Position numbers and translations under genes: made by a program
The notes under the pieces: model-generated
Databases searched by the model: none
Seen by the model: the letters and a program-made list of their open reading frames with translations, nothing else
Told to the model about the DNA's origin: nothing
Origin: Asterias rubens
Lineage: Eukaryota
Direction: 5' to 3'
DNA length: 64,000 nucleotides
Assembly: GCF_902459465.1 (NCBI RefSeq)
Contig: NC_047069.1
Coordinates: 4,650,001 to 4,714,000, forward strand
Shown here: in pieces, positions 22,301 through 34,800 of the stretch
How positions within the stretch are numbered: position 1 is the stretch's first letter
How the letters are laid out: every line of letters begins with the position of its first letter

Positions 22301-25300
22301 AATGTATGAACACAAACAACTATCACCTGAAAATTTCATTTCAAAAGGTGGTCGTGTTTTTGAGATACATTGCCGAAAATTCGTAGCTGATGACAAATCC
22401 ATAAATACACAATCTGAGTCAGACTCCAATTTGGGGGCGTAAGAACTGTTTTTACGTTATAACCGCATTACTTCAAAGTGAATTGTTTCTCAATTTGTTT
22501 GCCATTAATTGTTTTATTACCAAATGTATACCATCCCTTTAAATCCATGTTGATGTCAAAGATCAGTCTTCTCACTTAATGTATCTCAACATATGCACAA
22601 AATAACAAACCTGTGAAAATTTGAGCTCAATTGGTCGTCGAAGTTGCGAGATAATAATGAAAGTAAAAACACCCTCAACACACGAATTAACTTTGTGTGC
22701 TTTCATAAGCTTGATTTCAAACTTGAGGTCTCGAAAAATTACTTCTTTCTCGAAAACTACTTCACTTCAGAGGGAGCTGTTTCTCACAATGTTTTATATT
22801 ATAACACCCCTTGCAAGTATTCTGCCTGCTCATTGGTTTAGAGTGCGTCACATGACATGTCTTAGTTTCGCTAGACGACGGCCGTGTGATAGTGCATCGG
22901 TTTGCCATGCGCTAGTCCGAAGACTAGCACACGGCGCCGTGCGCTAGTCCGACAGACTAGCACACGGCGTGCAGTACCCAGACATCCGTTGCGTGTACGA
23001 GGATGATAAATTAATAGTCTGTAACCATTTTGGATTGCACGACACTACATGCAACACAGTAAGTAAAAGTGTTTGCAATCTGTATTCGCGTCGTCCGGGG
23101 ATTGTAGCATTCAGGTCTGTAGCTTAATAATAATAGTACAGTATTTAGAAATGTTTGGGGTGTTATAAAACAAATATTGACTACTTTTACTCGTGCAATG
23201 GTTAAAAACTATGACTCCCTTGGTGATCCCCGGAGCGTTCTATTTTCCCTCGGCTTCGCCTCGGGAAAATAGAACGCTCCGGGGATCACCTCGGGAGTCA
23301 TAGTTTTAACCATAGCACTCGAAGCAGTCAATATTTGTATACTATCAACCTCTTCCCATTACTCGTTACCAAGTAAGGATTTATGCTAATAATTATTTTG
23401 AGTAATTACTAGTAGTGTCCACTGCCTTTAAATGCATCTAGTGGTGTGTTGCCGCAGATTAGTGCTGGAATACAACCTTGTTGTAGTCTTGTGTACCATG
23501 TAAAGTTCACTCCGAAGGTCATGGTCTCTCTGATCTAAAATAGACTGAAATTGAGTTACCCAGGCATTTGTCGATTTAGGGGGGCGTTTTTTGCTTGAAG
23601 TCAATTTAAAGGGACTATGGTGTGACAGCACACAATGAAGAAAATACGTTTAAATGTACTGCACAAAACCTGCTGTGAAAACATGTACAAAGTTTGTCAT
23701 GGCAAAAGGTCAGAGATCAGCTTAGCAGTGATGACCTTTATGACCTTTAGCAGCCCTTCTAGGTTGACCCACTTGCTACCAGAGCCCAATATCATAAAGC
23801 CCTCATGATGGTCACCTGCCAGGTTGCCATGTACATGTAATGTGCAGTTCTTTAAAGATGGCCGCTGCTAATAAATATTTTTTGCTGTCAAGCAGCTTCA
23901 TGAAATTGGGGGATGAAATAACAATGTATTTTACAATTGTTTACCAAAGGCTCACTCTGGACAACAAAATGTAAATAATTTGACCTTCAACTTGGTATGT
24001 TATGTTGGGTAAATTTATTAAATATAGCTCAGGAAAAAGCTGACATTTTCTAAGGTACATGTAACTCAGGATTTTGTTCTGCAAGCTGAGCAATTTAATC
24101 TTTTGCCCTTCTCACTTCTATGTATCTGTATCATATTACACAATCTTTACAACAATTAGACTTCAGCTCTCAAATTTTCACTGGTTTCCGAAAGAAGTGT
24201 TCACAATGTTCTGTTGATTTTTTTTTTGATTTTTTTTAGTGAAATTTCCCGTGATACTTTAAACAGATGTGGAAATACTTGCCCAGAGCAACCTCCCTGG
24301 AAACAAATTAACTCTTAGCTGGAAAATGTCAACCAGGCTTGTAGACATTTGACTAGTTGACAGATGATTATGTAGGTGATTTTGTTTGTTTAGATGATCA
24401 TCCCAACAAGGGAACTCCAAAAATGTCCCATAGGAGATCTATAAACACCAAGCTGGCAACAGCGAACCCCTCACATACAGACATTGGTTTAACGTCTATG
24501 ATTATGAACCAAACCAATAAGTTATGATTTAGTAATTAGATGACACCACCACTTATTTTAGTCATTGTGAAATCAGTGGTTAGCTTGGCCGGATTCGAAC
24601 CCACAACCTTGCGATTGCAAAGTTCTGAAGTCTAACCATTTCTGGAAACTTTGATATGTTCAAAATAAATGTTAGTTGCAGCAAATTCTTATGCAGAAGC
24701 ACACTTTCATTGCATGTTTTGCACACTTTTTAAATCATGTTTTAAAAAGCAACTGAAAAGTGGCATTTTTCATGTCGTAGAAAGAAGCGTTTCTTCACAT
24801 TAATTGTAAAGGGCCCATATTACAGCTGTGCGTTTGGGAATAAAAAACACTTTATTATAACATTTTATTGTGTTTATTTAACAATGACAGCTAGCAGCAT
24901 TCGACTCATATATAGTAAGTCAGCTTGATTTATTTAATTTTTTTTTCTTACTTTACTTTCTCATTGAGTCGTACACTTTGTTTAATAAACTTGTCAACCT
25001 CGTAATGTTTTTGTAATAACATCTGTTGAAGCTTCTCATTGTTCCCTTTAACAACAAATCGTGCTGCAAAATTTACAGGAGATCTTAAACATGTGGGTTA
25101 TCTTTTTCAGTATGAATTTTTTGTAATCACAGCTCAAAAATAGAAAATGCCCTTCTTTTTTGTCAAAGTCCCTGGAAAAAAATTATTTCCTCATATGACA
25201 CGTATCACAAGCAATCAATGCTAAAAGTGCTAAAAATACTCAATCTAAGGTTCTTTTTTGATGCAGAAATGCTTCAGCGGGCATGTAATTACATGGAGAC

Positions 25301-25848
25301 CCTCTGTTTCCCCTGGTCTTTAGCGTGGTTCCCCTTGAAAAGTTCCAATAGACTTTAAAGACATTGGACACTATTGGTTTTTATCTAAGACCAGTCTTCT
25401 CACTAGGTGTATCTTAACATATGCATAAAATAACAAACCTGTAAAAATTTGATCATCGGTCATCAAAGTTGCCAGGTAACAATGAAGAAAAATAACCCTT
25501 TTTAGTTGTGTGCGTCTAGATGGTTGATTTCGAGACCTCAAGTTCTAAATCTGAGGTCTCAAAATCAAATTCGTGGAAAATTACTTTCTCGAAAACTATG
25601 GCACTTCAGAGGGAGCCGTTTCTCACAATGTTTTATACCATCAACCTCTCCCCATTACTCGTCACAAAGAAAGGTTTGATGCCAATCATTATTTTGAGTA
25701 ATTACCAATAGTGTCCACTGCCTTTAAGATTTTCCAATGGAAGTACCCTTTGCAAAATGAAAATGGTCTATCCCTCTCAAAGATGAAATCCGCTACAAGC
25801 CTAGTGCACAATCTACTGAGCATATTAATTGAACACTCGCCCAATGTC

Positions 25849-25884
<36 letters not shown>

Positions 25885-28800
25885 TCGAAGTCTTATATAG
25901 CGCACGTATCTACCAAACAAGGTACTCAAGGCGCTGAGTATATACAAACTTTTAGAAAAATAGGTTATTGCAGTGATGAATTCTGAGACCCAATTATTTA
26001 GCATCTTATAAGGGTTTACAAGGTGCTACGGTGCATTAAGCAGCCACAACCAGGAACACCGGGGTGAACCCCTTCTCTTTTCGATAAGTGCACTGGGTTC
26101 TTTTACATGCGTTACACAACACATGGGACCAACGGCTTTACGTCCCATCCGAAGGACGAAGCAATGGTTAAGTGTCTTGCTCAAGGACACAGTGTCACGG
26201 GTGGGGATTCGAACCCACACTCTGCTGATCAGAAACACCAGAGTTTGAACTCGGTGCTCTTAACCGCTCTTGTAAGCACAAATATTAAGCAGAGAGAAAC
26301 CTTACTCAGCAGACACAGGTTACCAGCCATCATGCCATGAAGTTCACATTGTTGTGATTGGTGCGCGCTCTTTTTTTGCTAAACCAAGATATTTTTAAGC
26401 AATATTTTCTGCTAAATAGCTTTTTGAAATTACATGGGCCCATGTCCCAACACACTGCACCATTTACATGTACTACCTATGACTAGTTATATAACCAAAG
26501 CAGCAAGGTTAAATTATGGATTCGCTCAAAAAACCAATAACTTTAACGACAGGCCTAGTACCTTCTAAAAATGCTGGTAGGCTATGAGGGAAGGTACATC
26601 ATGTACATTTCTTGTTGTTGAAAGTTCGAGTTCCAAACTCTGTTTGTATATAATACAATCACAGGTGTAACTGTTTTGGATTGCCGATCTTTTGCAGTTT
26701 GACCTTGCTTATTGTTGACATCTCTTATCTACAACAAAAGTTCTCTCAGCTGGACAGTATTTATTTAAAAAATATACTTGACTTTTGAATTTGTAGTTTC
26801 CACCTATGTCAACAAGTAAAGTACCCTGATGTTGTCTCGGTCGTATAATTTAAACAAATAATATGGGTGTAGTAATAATAAATGTATTGCATGGTTTGTA
26901 CACTTGTGTTTAGTGTTCATTAATATTACACGTAACGCACGTACCAATACGCCGTATCTTTTACCAGATGAGGGCGCTCTAAATAATAATTGTCTCATTT
27001 CTGGGGGGTATACGTCATTCGTCGGCACAGTTTTATCACTGGCGTTCTGTCACTTCTGTTCGCTGTTGTTTTTAGTTGCTTTAGAGATGAATTAAAATGG
27101 CTCTTTTAGGAGTCTTATTGTCCATGATGGATATGATGTCTGTGTTGGTAATGTGTCCCAGTCTTTATAACTGTTTTGAATGATACCCCCGCAAGTGATA
27201 ACAATATTTTTGAGAGCGCCCTCACGTGATCAAAAGTATGGGCAATAGTCGTACACGAAATCTGCATGTCTGTATCTGATCCTGAACAGAAATCTGTGTG
27301 GAGTATTTGTTGGTCTTTTATTAGATTGTAATTATTAATTATTTGTTGATATTGTTAGGTAAATTTGTACAAATCGGGTGAGTTTCTAACACACCAACTT
27401 GATCTTTCTTGCGATTTATCCAGAATGTATAAACAAGGTTGTCCCTGAGTGTGACATTTAACCATCATTGCTTCATCTTTTGGATGGGAATTACTCAGAT
27501 AGTCTTGTGTGCACCTGTCGTTAAGATTTAGGGGTTGGCCCCAGTGTTGCTGGTTTACTTTTAAAAAGACACTCATGATTCCACCTGTATTGTAGATTTA
27601 CTTTTGCTAATTTAACAACAAGATTAGGCTATGTAGCCAAACCTTCTGAGAGCCATGACTTCTTGCAATGATACGGCACATTACGATGGATGACAACAGA
27701 TTTTGTCACTGCCATATTACATCGTTGCAATGAACTAGCATCACTACATAAAGCATTTTGTTTAAAGGTGTTGGACGGCAAATACAATGCAATGCACACA
27801 CATTGTCTTTTAGAATACCTTCTGTAGATGTATAGTGAGGCCACATCTTATTGCTTTGTTACGAAAGTTGACAATAAATCCGTTGTGATTGTTTGAAAAA
27901 AATGTGATGTAGACACACAGTTTACCTGAGCACCTTTGGTCCACATTTTCATTGCATATTTATTTCCATTTTACGTGTTTTAAGAGTCAAAATGTATCGT
28001 ATAAATCATAAAGTCAGTTAAAGCACAAAATTTTGCTTAGCTCACAAAAATCCCACCGTCATCTCATTGACACTTTGTGACAGGTATCAAGCTACAATAT
28101 ACCTTTTATTTTTGCTCTAAAGGCCGTCACGGACACTTTTGGTAAATACTCAAAATAATTGTTAGTATAAAAACTTATTAAAGAGCAATGGAGAGCTGTT
28201 GATAGTACAAAACATTGGGTGAAATTGTTCCCTCTGAAGTAACGTAGTTTTTGAGAAAGAGGTAATTTCTCAATCAAATAATAAAGACTTCAGGCCTGAA
28301 GCCTTTTATTATGCATCTGAAAGCACACAAAAGTGTGCAACAAGGGTTTTTGTTTGTTTCATTACTCTCTTGCTACTTCGATGACCATTTGAGTCAAATT
28401 TTTCACAGTTTTGTTGTTTAATGCATTTGTGGGGATACACCAAGTGAGAAAACTGGTCTTTGACAATTACTAAAGGTGTCCAGGGGTCGATTTCACAAAC
28501 AAACTTAGGACCAGTCCTAACTTTAAACTAGTCCTAACCTAGGAGATATAAAAACTTAAGGCTAGTCCTACTAAAGTTAGGACGAGTAACTACATGTAGT
28601 CCTAACTCGAGATGATACTAGTCCTAACTTGTTTGTGAACTCCAACCCAGTGCCTTGAAAGTGGTTTATAAAATGTTGTCGTAGTTGTGTTTTGACGCAA
28701 GTTGCAAATTTTCTTCCTGAGAAGTACTCCACGGATTAAGGGCTAGATTTGTGAAATATTTTTCGTTCTCACTTCAAAACTAATAAATTTAATGCTTGGG

Positions 28801-31800
28801 AAGTATCAACCATTACATGATTAGCTCATAAGCTAGAAGGTTAGTGTCCGTATGTGATTGTATGTGTTTAGTTACATCTCAGGTGATCTGTTACTCGACT
28901 ATAGAGGGCCTGTGGCCCATGAATCATTTCAAAACATTTTCTTTTCATCACTCATGTTAGTTGTCGTGTTTTTTTCCCCCACTCCCCTCATTCCAATTTC
29001 ATTCATAGTTCTCTTTTGCCGATGGCGACAGTGGTGATGTAGATAATCCGGTAGGTTTTGATTTATTGCGTTTTAGGATGAGCTTTTTCCGTAGACGCAT
29101 GAGTTTGGAGGCAGATTGTATGGGTGTTGCTGTGGTTTAGTTTATGTAGATTTATGCAGATTTATACAATGTTTTGTTTCCTTTTTTTATATTATTTATG
29201 CACATTATATTCATTTGTCATTCATCATACTTCACTTGTTATCACATTTGTAATTAACAATTGGGTTTTACCAAATTTGGGGTTTTCCGTAATTACATCA
29301 TTGTCATCATCTTTTTGTTGGTGTGGGATGTTTCCAAATGGATGTTCTTCCAACTGTGTATTTAACTCCAATTTATATTCACATACTACACAACACAATA
29401 TTTTGTCATTATCACTCCCTGATCAAGAGTCTCTACCCAATTAGGAGTCCCTTGTCTAAGCCCCTCAGATCAGACGAACCCATCTGCCTGATTTTGATGG
29501 ATTTGTTATGGTTGGAATTCAGTTGAAAATTCTTTTTCTTTAAAGTGTGGCTCATGGTTTTGTGTGGTTTTATGTGAGTGTGCTTGTTCCAATATTTGTG
29601 CATGTTGTTACTTTACAGTGTACAGTGGAAATGGGTCACTGTTAATTTTGGTCATGCAATTAAAAATTGATGTTTAATTTCTTTTAGAGGATTTTTGCAA
29701 CTAACCTTTACAGTAAACCCAGCACAAACCAAGCATTCTTTCGGATTAAGTCTCTATGCCTTTTGCATGGGCCAATGATAAACTCTATGTTGATTTCAAT
29801 TTCTTTTACTCCATGGAAATGCATTTTTGCATGCTGCAAGGGCAGGCACCAGAAATGTTCAGGTGCAAGATTTAGAAAGTTATTTTTTGTTTTCTTTTTA
29901 ATACACCCAGCTAATAACTTTAGCATAGCATGACAAAAGCATGATGTTGTTGATATTTCAAAGGGAAAATTGAATACTTGGTGAGAGGAGATTAGCACGA
30001 TGCATGAGGTGGAAGGGATTTTACTCATTCTCACTGAGAAAAATAACAATAATAATAATATTAACTAGTTCTTATAAAGCGCATTTCATAATAAACGCCT
30101 CAATGCGCTTTACATTTGTGTCCTGGTCATTGGGTAGATGACATCCTCGCAACCTTTCTCAGCTCCCTCGGGAGTATACCGCGCTGAGCTGCCATGGCAC
30201 TCCAGAGGCTTTTTCACACAAAATATATCAACCTCTACCCTCGCAGTTACAAGCAGCTTAAATAGTGATCATATAACAAGGTTAGCACCCAAACCAACCT
30301 CCCTCTCAAGCTAACCTACTCCTCATATTTCTCATACATCATATTTGTATGATTTTTTTATCTTGAGTCAGATTTGTAAGATCAGCGATTAATTTAAATG
30401 TTACACAATTGTTCATGATTAACTTGTGTTTAAAACCAAAAGTGTGCCGTAAGACCATATAGAGACGTCAAATTAAACAACGGTTTGTACAGAATAGCAT
30501 TAATTAATTGTACTAAATCCATATTATTATTTGTAAAATACATGTATGTGTAGCTCTCCCAATGTAATAGAAAGTGCATTGTTCCCCTTGGCTGATGAAC
30601 TTTAGTTTATAATCTGAATGGTTGAACCTAAGTTTTTTGTTATATACCCCTATTTATTTAAAAATTGTCATATTGTTAACATCAATTTCTTTGTACGTTA
30701 AGGGAATGTCTAAAAAGTCAGGCACGTTCTAGTTGAAGAAAAAAAAAGATTCTGTGCGCACATGCCTTCAATTCAATGGATTATTACATGTATAATACAC
30801 TGTTCTGCTGGACCACTTCGCTTTGGCAAAGTACAGGATCAATCCCACATTAGTGCATATTTATGTGCACACTTTTTATATTCCAATGACATTACCTCGA
30901 GTTGGAATACTAACCGATCCAATTAGAACGTTCTTACCATTCCGATTTTTGAGACACTCGCTAAAGTTAACTTTGTACGTATAATTTTAGCAAAATTAAC
31001 AAATAACATAGTTGATTTAATACTTAATGGTATTAATACAAATAGTTACAAATTTTATTTTATTCTGCTTTTCCCATTTTTGTTCATAACAGTTTCAAGT
31101 TTTCAAATTTGTGATCTCTTCATTTTGTTGTGTTGATGTTTTATGTTGAATGCATTTAAACATGTATTGCAAGATTGAGTCTACAGTGCTAACACGCATC
31201 GGTGTATATGGGTAAAAACAAAGATGAATATTCTTTATCCGTGATGCAAATTTAACACCTCTTGATCTTGCAAATGTAGAGTGTCGTACTTACATGTATG
31301 GTACATTTTTTAGTTTAAAGTCACAGGAAAAAAAATTGCGAAAAAAATTCATGGCCAATTCCTGAGTGAAAGGAACTTCCATTTAGAGTCAGATTTTTCA
31401 TTGGGAACAGTTTTCATGGTATAAAGGAGAAGTTTATTGACGTATACTGTGCAAAATCCTTATAATATTAAAATGTTTAAATGCGCGACATGCGCCGAAC
31501 AAGCTGAGAGAGGACACATCATGCAGCAACTCTGCCCCATTCCCATACATGGAAGGTCTCCCATCCACTTACTGACCATTGTCAATGCCAGTTACAATTG
31601 GCAGTTAGTTAACGCCATTAGCTCTAACAGAAAACAAACAATTGCTGCAGTAGAAATTCTCAACGTGTCCATAGAAAAAAGCTCTTAAAAATAGTTAGAG
31701 ACAAACAAGTGCATAGTCTACTTTTAATAGTTTAGCAAACAAATGGAAGTACATGGCAACGTTTGAGTTCAGTGATGTTAAGTACGATTTGAAACTTTGC

Positions 31801-34800
31801 ATGATGGAAGCATAACTAAGAGAGGTTTGCGGTAACACAATGTTAATATCTCTTTTTGAGAAGTGTTGGTTCTGATAAGAACTGGTAGTTAACGAATCAA
31901 CGTTTTGACCAGTACGCTCTGATCAATCTGAGGGCCATTCATTCTAAACATCCCTCTGAAGACAATCAGAGCAAACTGATCGAAGCGATGAGTAGTTAAC
32001 CACCAGTTCATTTTTAGAACCATTACTACTCAAAAAGAGATACTCGCATGGTGTTACCGCAAACCTGTCTTAGTTCTTAGTGGAGATGTTGAACAGATTT
32101 CGCCATCCAATTTTGATGTTGTTTGGTTTTTATTTTATTCGTCAGAATCCACAAGACGAGATTGTAGCAGCTACCGCCTACGTGAATCTGTTCCTGACCA
32201 GCATCACGGCCCCGCCCCTCATGAAGGGCTTCCTTCACTACCTGTGCATGGGTCAACATGAGGGTCAATTAGTGTTAGAGTCATTGCTGTCAAGGTTTAG
32301 CACTAACTCCAGGGTAACTAGAACAAGTTCTTATATAAATGTAATGCATTTCACAATAACCATCTCAATGTGCTCTACATTAGTGCCCTGGGCCCAATTT
32401 CATAGAGCTGCTTAAGCACAAAATTTTGCTTAAGCAAAAAAAAACCTTCCCTAGTAAAATTAATTTACCAGCCAAAACTCCTCTCAATTGTTATGCTTAG
32501 TAAACAACAGCTAAATACCAGTCACAAGCAATGTATATTGCATACAATTTTGGCCAGTAACATGTGTAAAATAAGCGAGCTATTTTTGTGCTTAAGCAAA
32601 TTTTTTGCTTAAGCAGCTAGCTCTATGAAATTGGCCCCTGGTCATTGGGCCAATAACATTCCTTTAAGCTTTCTCAGCTCCCTGGGGAGTATACAACCTG
32701 GGCAACTGTATCACTCCAAAGGCTTTTTCATTTGCTAACAGAATGCATCTTCCGGTAACAAGAAAATGAATGACGTCAAAATACAAATCCATGGTTAACA
32801 CACAATATGACCGCCTAATTCTCTTGCTAACCTGTGAAATGCGCTTTTGCTTGAGCACATTTTTCTGCTTAAATAGTTAGCACAAACATTTGCTTACCAT
32901 TAAGCAGCTCTATGAAATTGGCCCCTTGTCAGAAAGAAGGTTAATTTGCTTGAAATTTGCTTTAAAAACATTCAGGTCAATAAAGTTTGCTAACTGGTTC
33001 CCTAAGACAAACTTTGACTTTTTACTTACGATAATCACTGTGCATTTCAGCCTCCAGTTCAGACTAGGATCAAACTTTTAGATAAAGCTTAACCTATTTT
33101 AGATTAGGATTCAAATTTTTAGATTAAGGCACAGACATTTGCAGATACCAATTGTAGTTTACCACGGTCAACAGCTCAATCTTCTCTGTTAAGAAATGTT
33201 TGCTTCAATATGTTTAATAAATATTTAAATGATACAATGTGTCATTTTTTTCCAGTTGTGTCTTGTGACACTGTCGTTGTTTGACACCCTGGTGAACCTG
33301 AACTGTGAGGACTTCATGCTAGAACTTATCCTTAGGTATGTTGTGGAGATAAAACCAAACAAAAGCCCTTTTCACACGGCCAAACTGTAGCCAGGGGTGG
33401 ATTTCACAAAGAGTTAGGACTAGTCTTATCTTGAGTTAGGACCAGCTACTCGTCCTAACTTAGGACTATCCATGCAATTTGTATATCTCCTAGGACTAGT
33501 CCTAACTTAGGACTAGTCCTAACTCTTTGTGAAATCGACCCCTGGGTCCTTTGCTACAAAATTTACGAGCGTGGATTGTTCATTTGTTATCACTGTGTGG
33601 GACTGATTTTGTGAGGTTTCCCACTGAAGCTAAAAAAACTAACAACCCTTGTGCGACATGAGAGTGATATGACGAATTGGTAATCCTGATCACCTTGATT
33701 GGACAAGATAGCACCCACAATAGCATGCGCTGTATGGGCATTTTCTCCTAGGAAGTCGTTCAATAAACATGGATTCCTTTCACACGATGATGTAGCCCAC
33801 GTCCTTGGTCAAAACTTCCGCTAGTGTAAGATTTCGTCGTAGGTCCGGACCTCCGACAAAATGTAGCAATGTTGGACAAGATTTGACAAGGGACCCTGGA
33901 CACTCCAAAACTTGTTGTCCTTTCACACGAGGTGCATTTTGTAAAATCTAACGACCATGCCACAATTTAGCAAGGGATCCTTGCTAAATTGCTCTCGTGT
34001 GAAAGGGGCTAAAGTGACACATGTAATAACCTAGTTCTATTGTGTATGTATCCTTAGGGCAAGGGCCTTGTCACTCAAGGCAACCTTTACAGGCAACTTG
34101 GAGGCAACCAACTACAGTGCATGCTTATTGCTAACAGACTACTTTGGTCGCGCATTGGTATACTTTTAAACAAGGTCTTACTACCCCAAGACAAACATTT
34201 GAACATTTGAATATGAATGCATTTCTTCTTGGAAATTGCCTTGAACTGGTTGCCTGTGAATTGCCTTGTTTGACATGGTCGTTATGCTACTGTTTCTAAA
34301 CCTTGCCACATTGACAAGTTATTCTTGACATACATTTGTGTTTTTAATTTCATAAAATAATGTTATCTATTTTTTATATTTTTTTTCAGTTTGATTTGGA
34401 CTATTTTGTAGCAGCCCATTTATGCACTTGCGCCATCTTAAATACTATTGCAAGCATCCAGGGAATCCGAGCACAGTTAAAAATGAAATCAAGCTGTCAA
34501 GATGGTTGCCATGCTGTTACTTTGCCAGGTTTTAAAGTTGTGTACTACACTACTTCAAAATCAGCAGGCCATGATGGTTGTCGGTGTTTCACCCAGAGTC
34601 CTTTGCGTGCCATTCATGCGCATTGGGACTGTAACATGCCCGTAATTATTTTGCAGAGCACAGGAAAGTTCTGATTGTACAGAGCTTACACACATCGGCG
34701 GTGTGTGTGGTTAAAACCAAAATTGATAACATAGATATAGCTGATACACCAGTGGTTTTCAACCTGTTACTATGTGTAACCATTATTGTAGGTGTGCACT

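Noticed and set aside
24570-24640. tRNA-like B-box sequence (also 12590-12610, 18590-18655, 51810-51880, 60605-60690)
   Set aside because: No complete cloverleaf; these match SINE heads rather than tRNA genes
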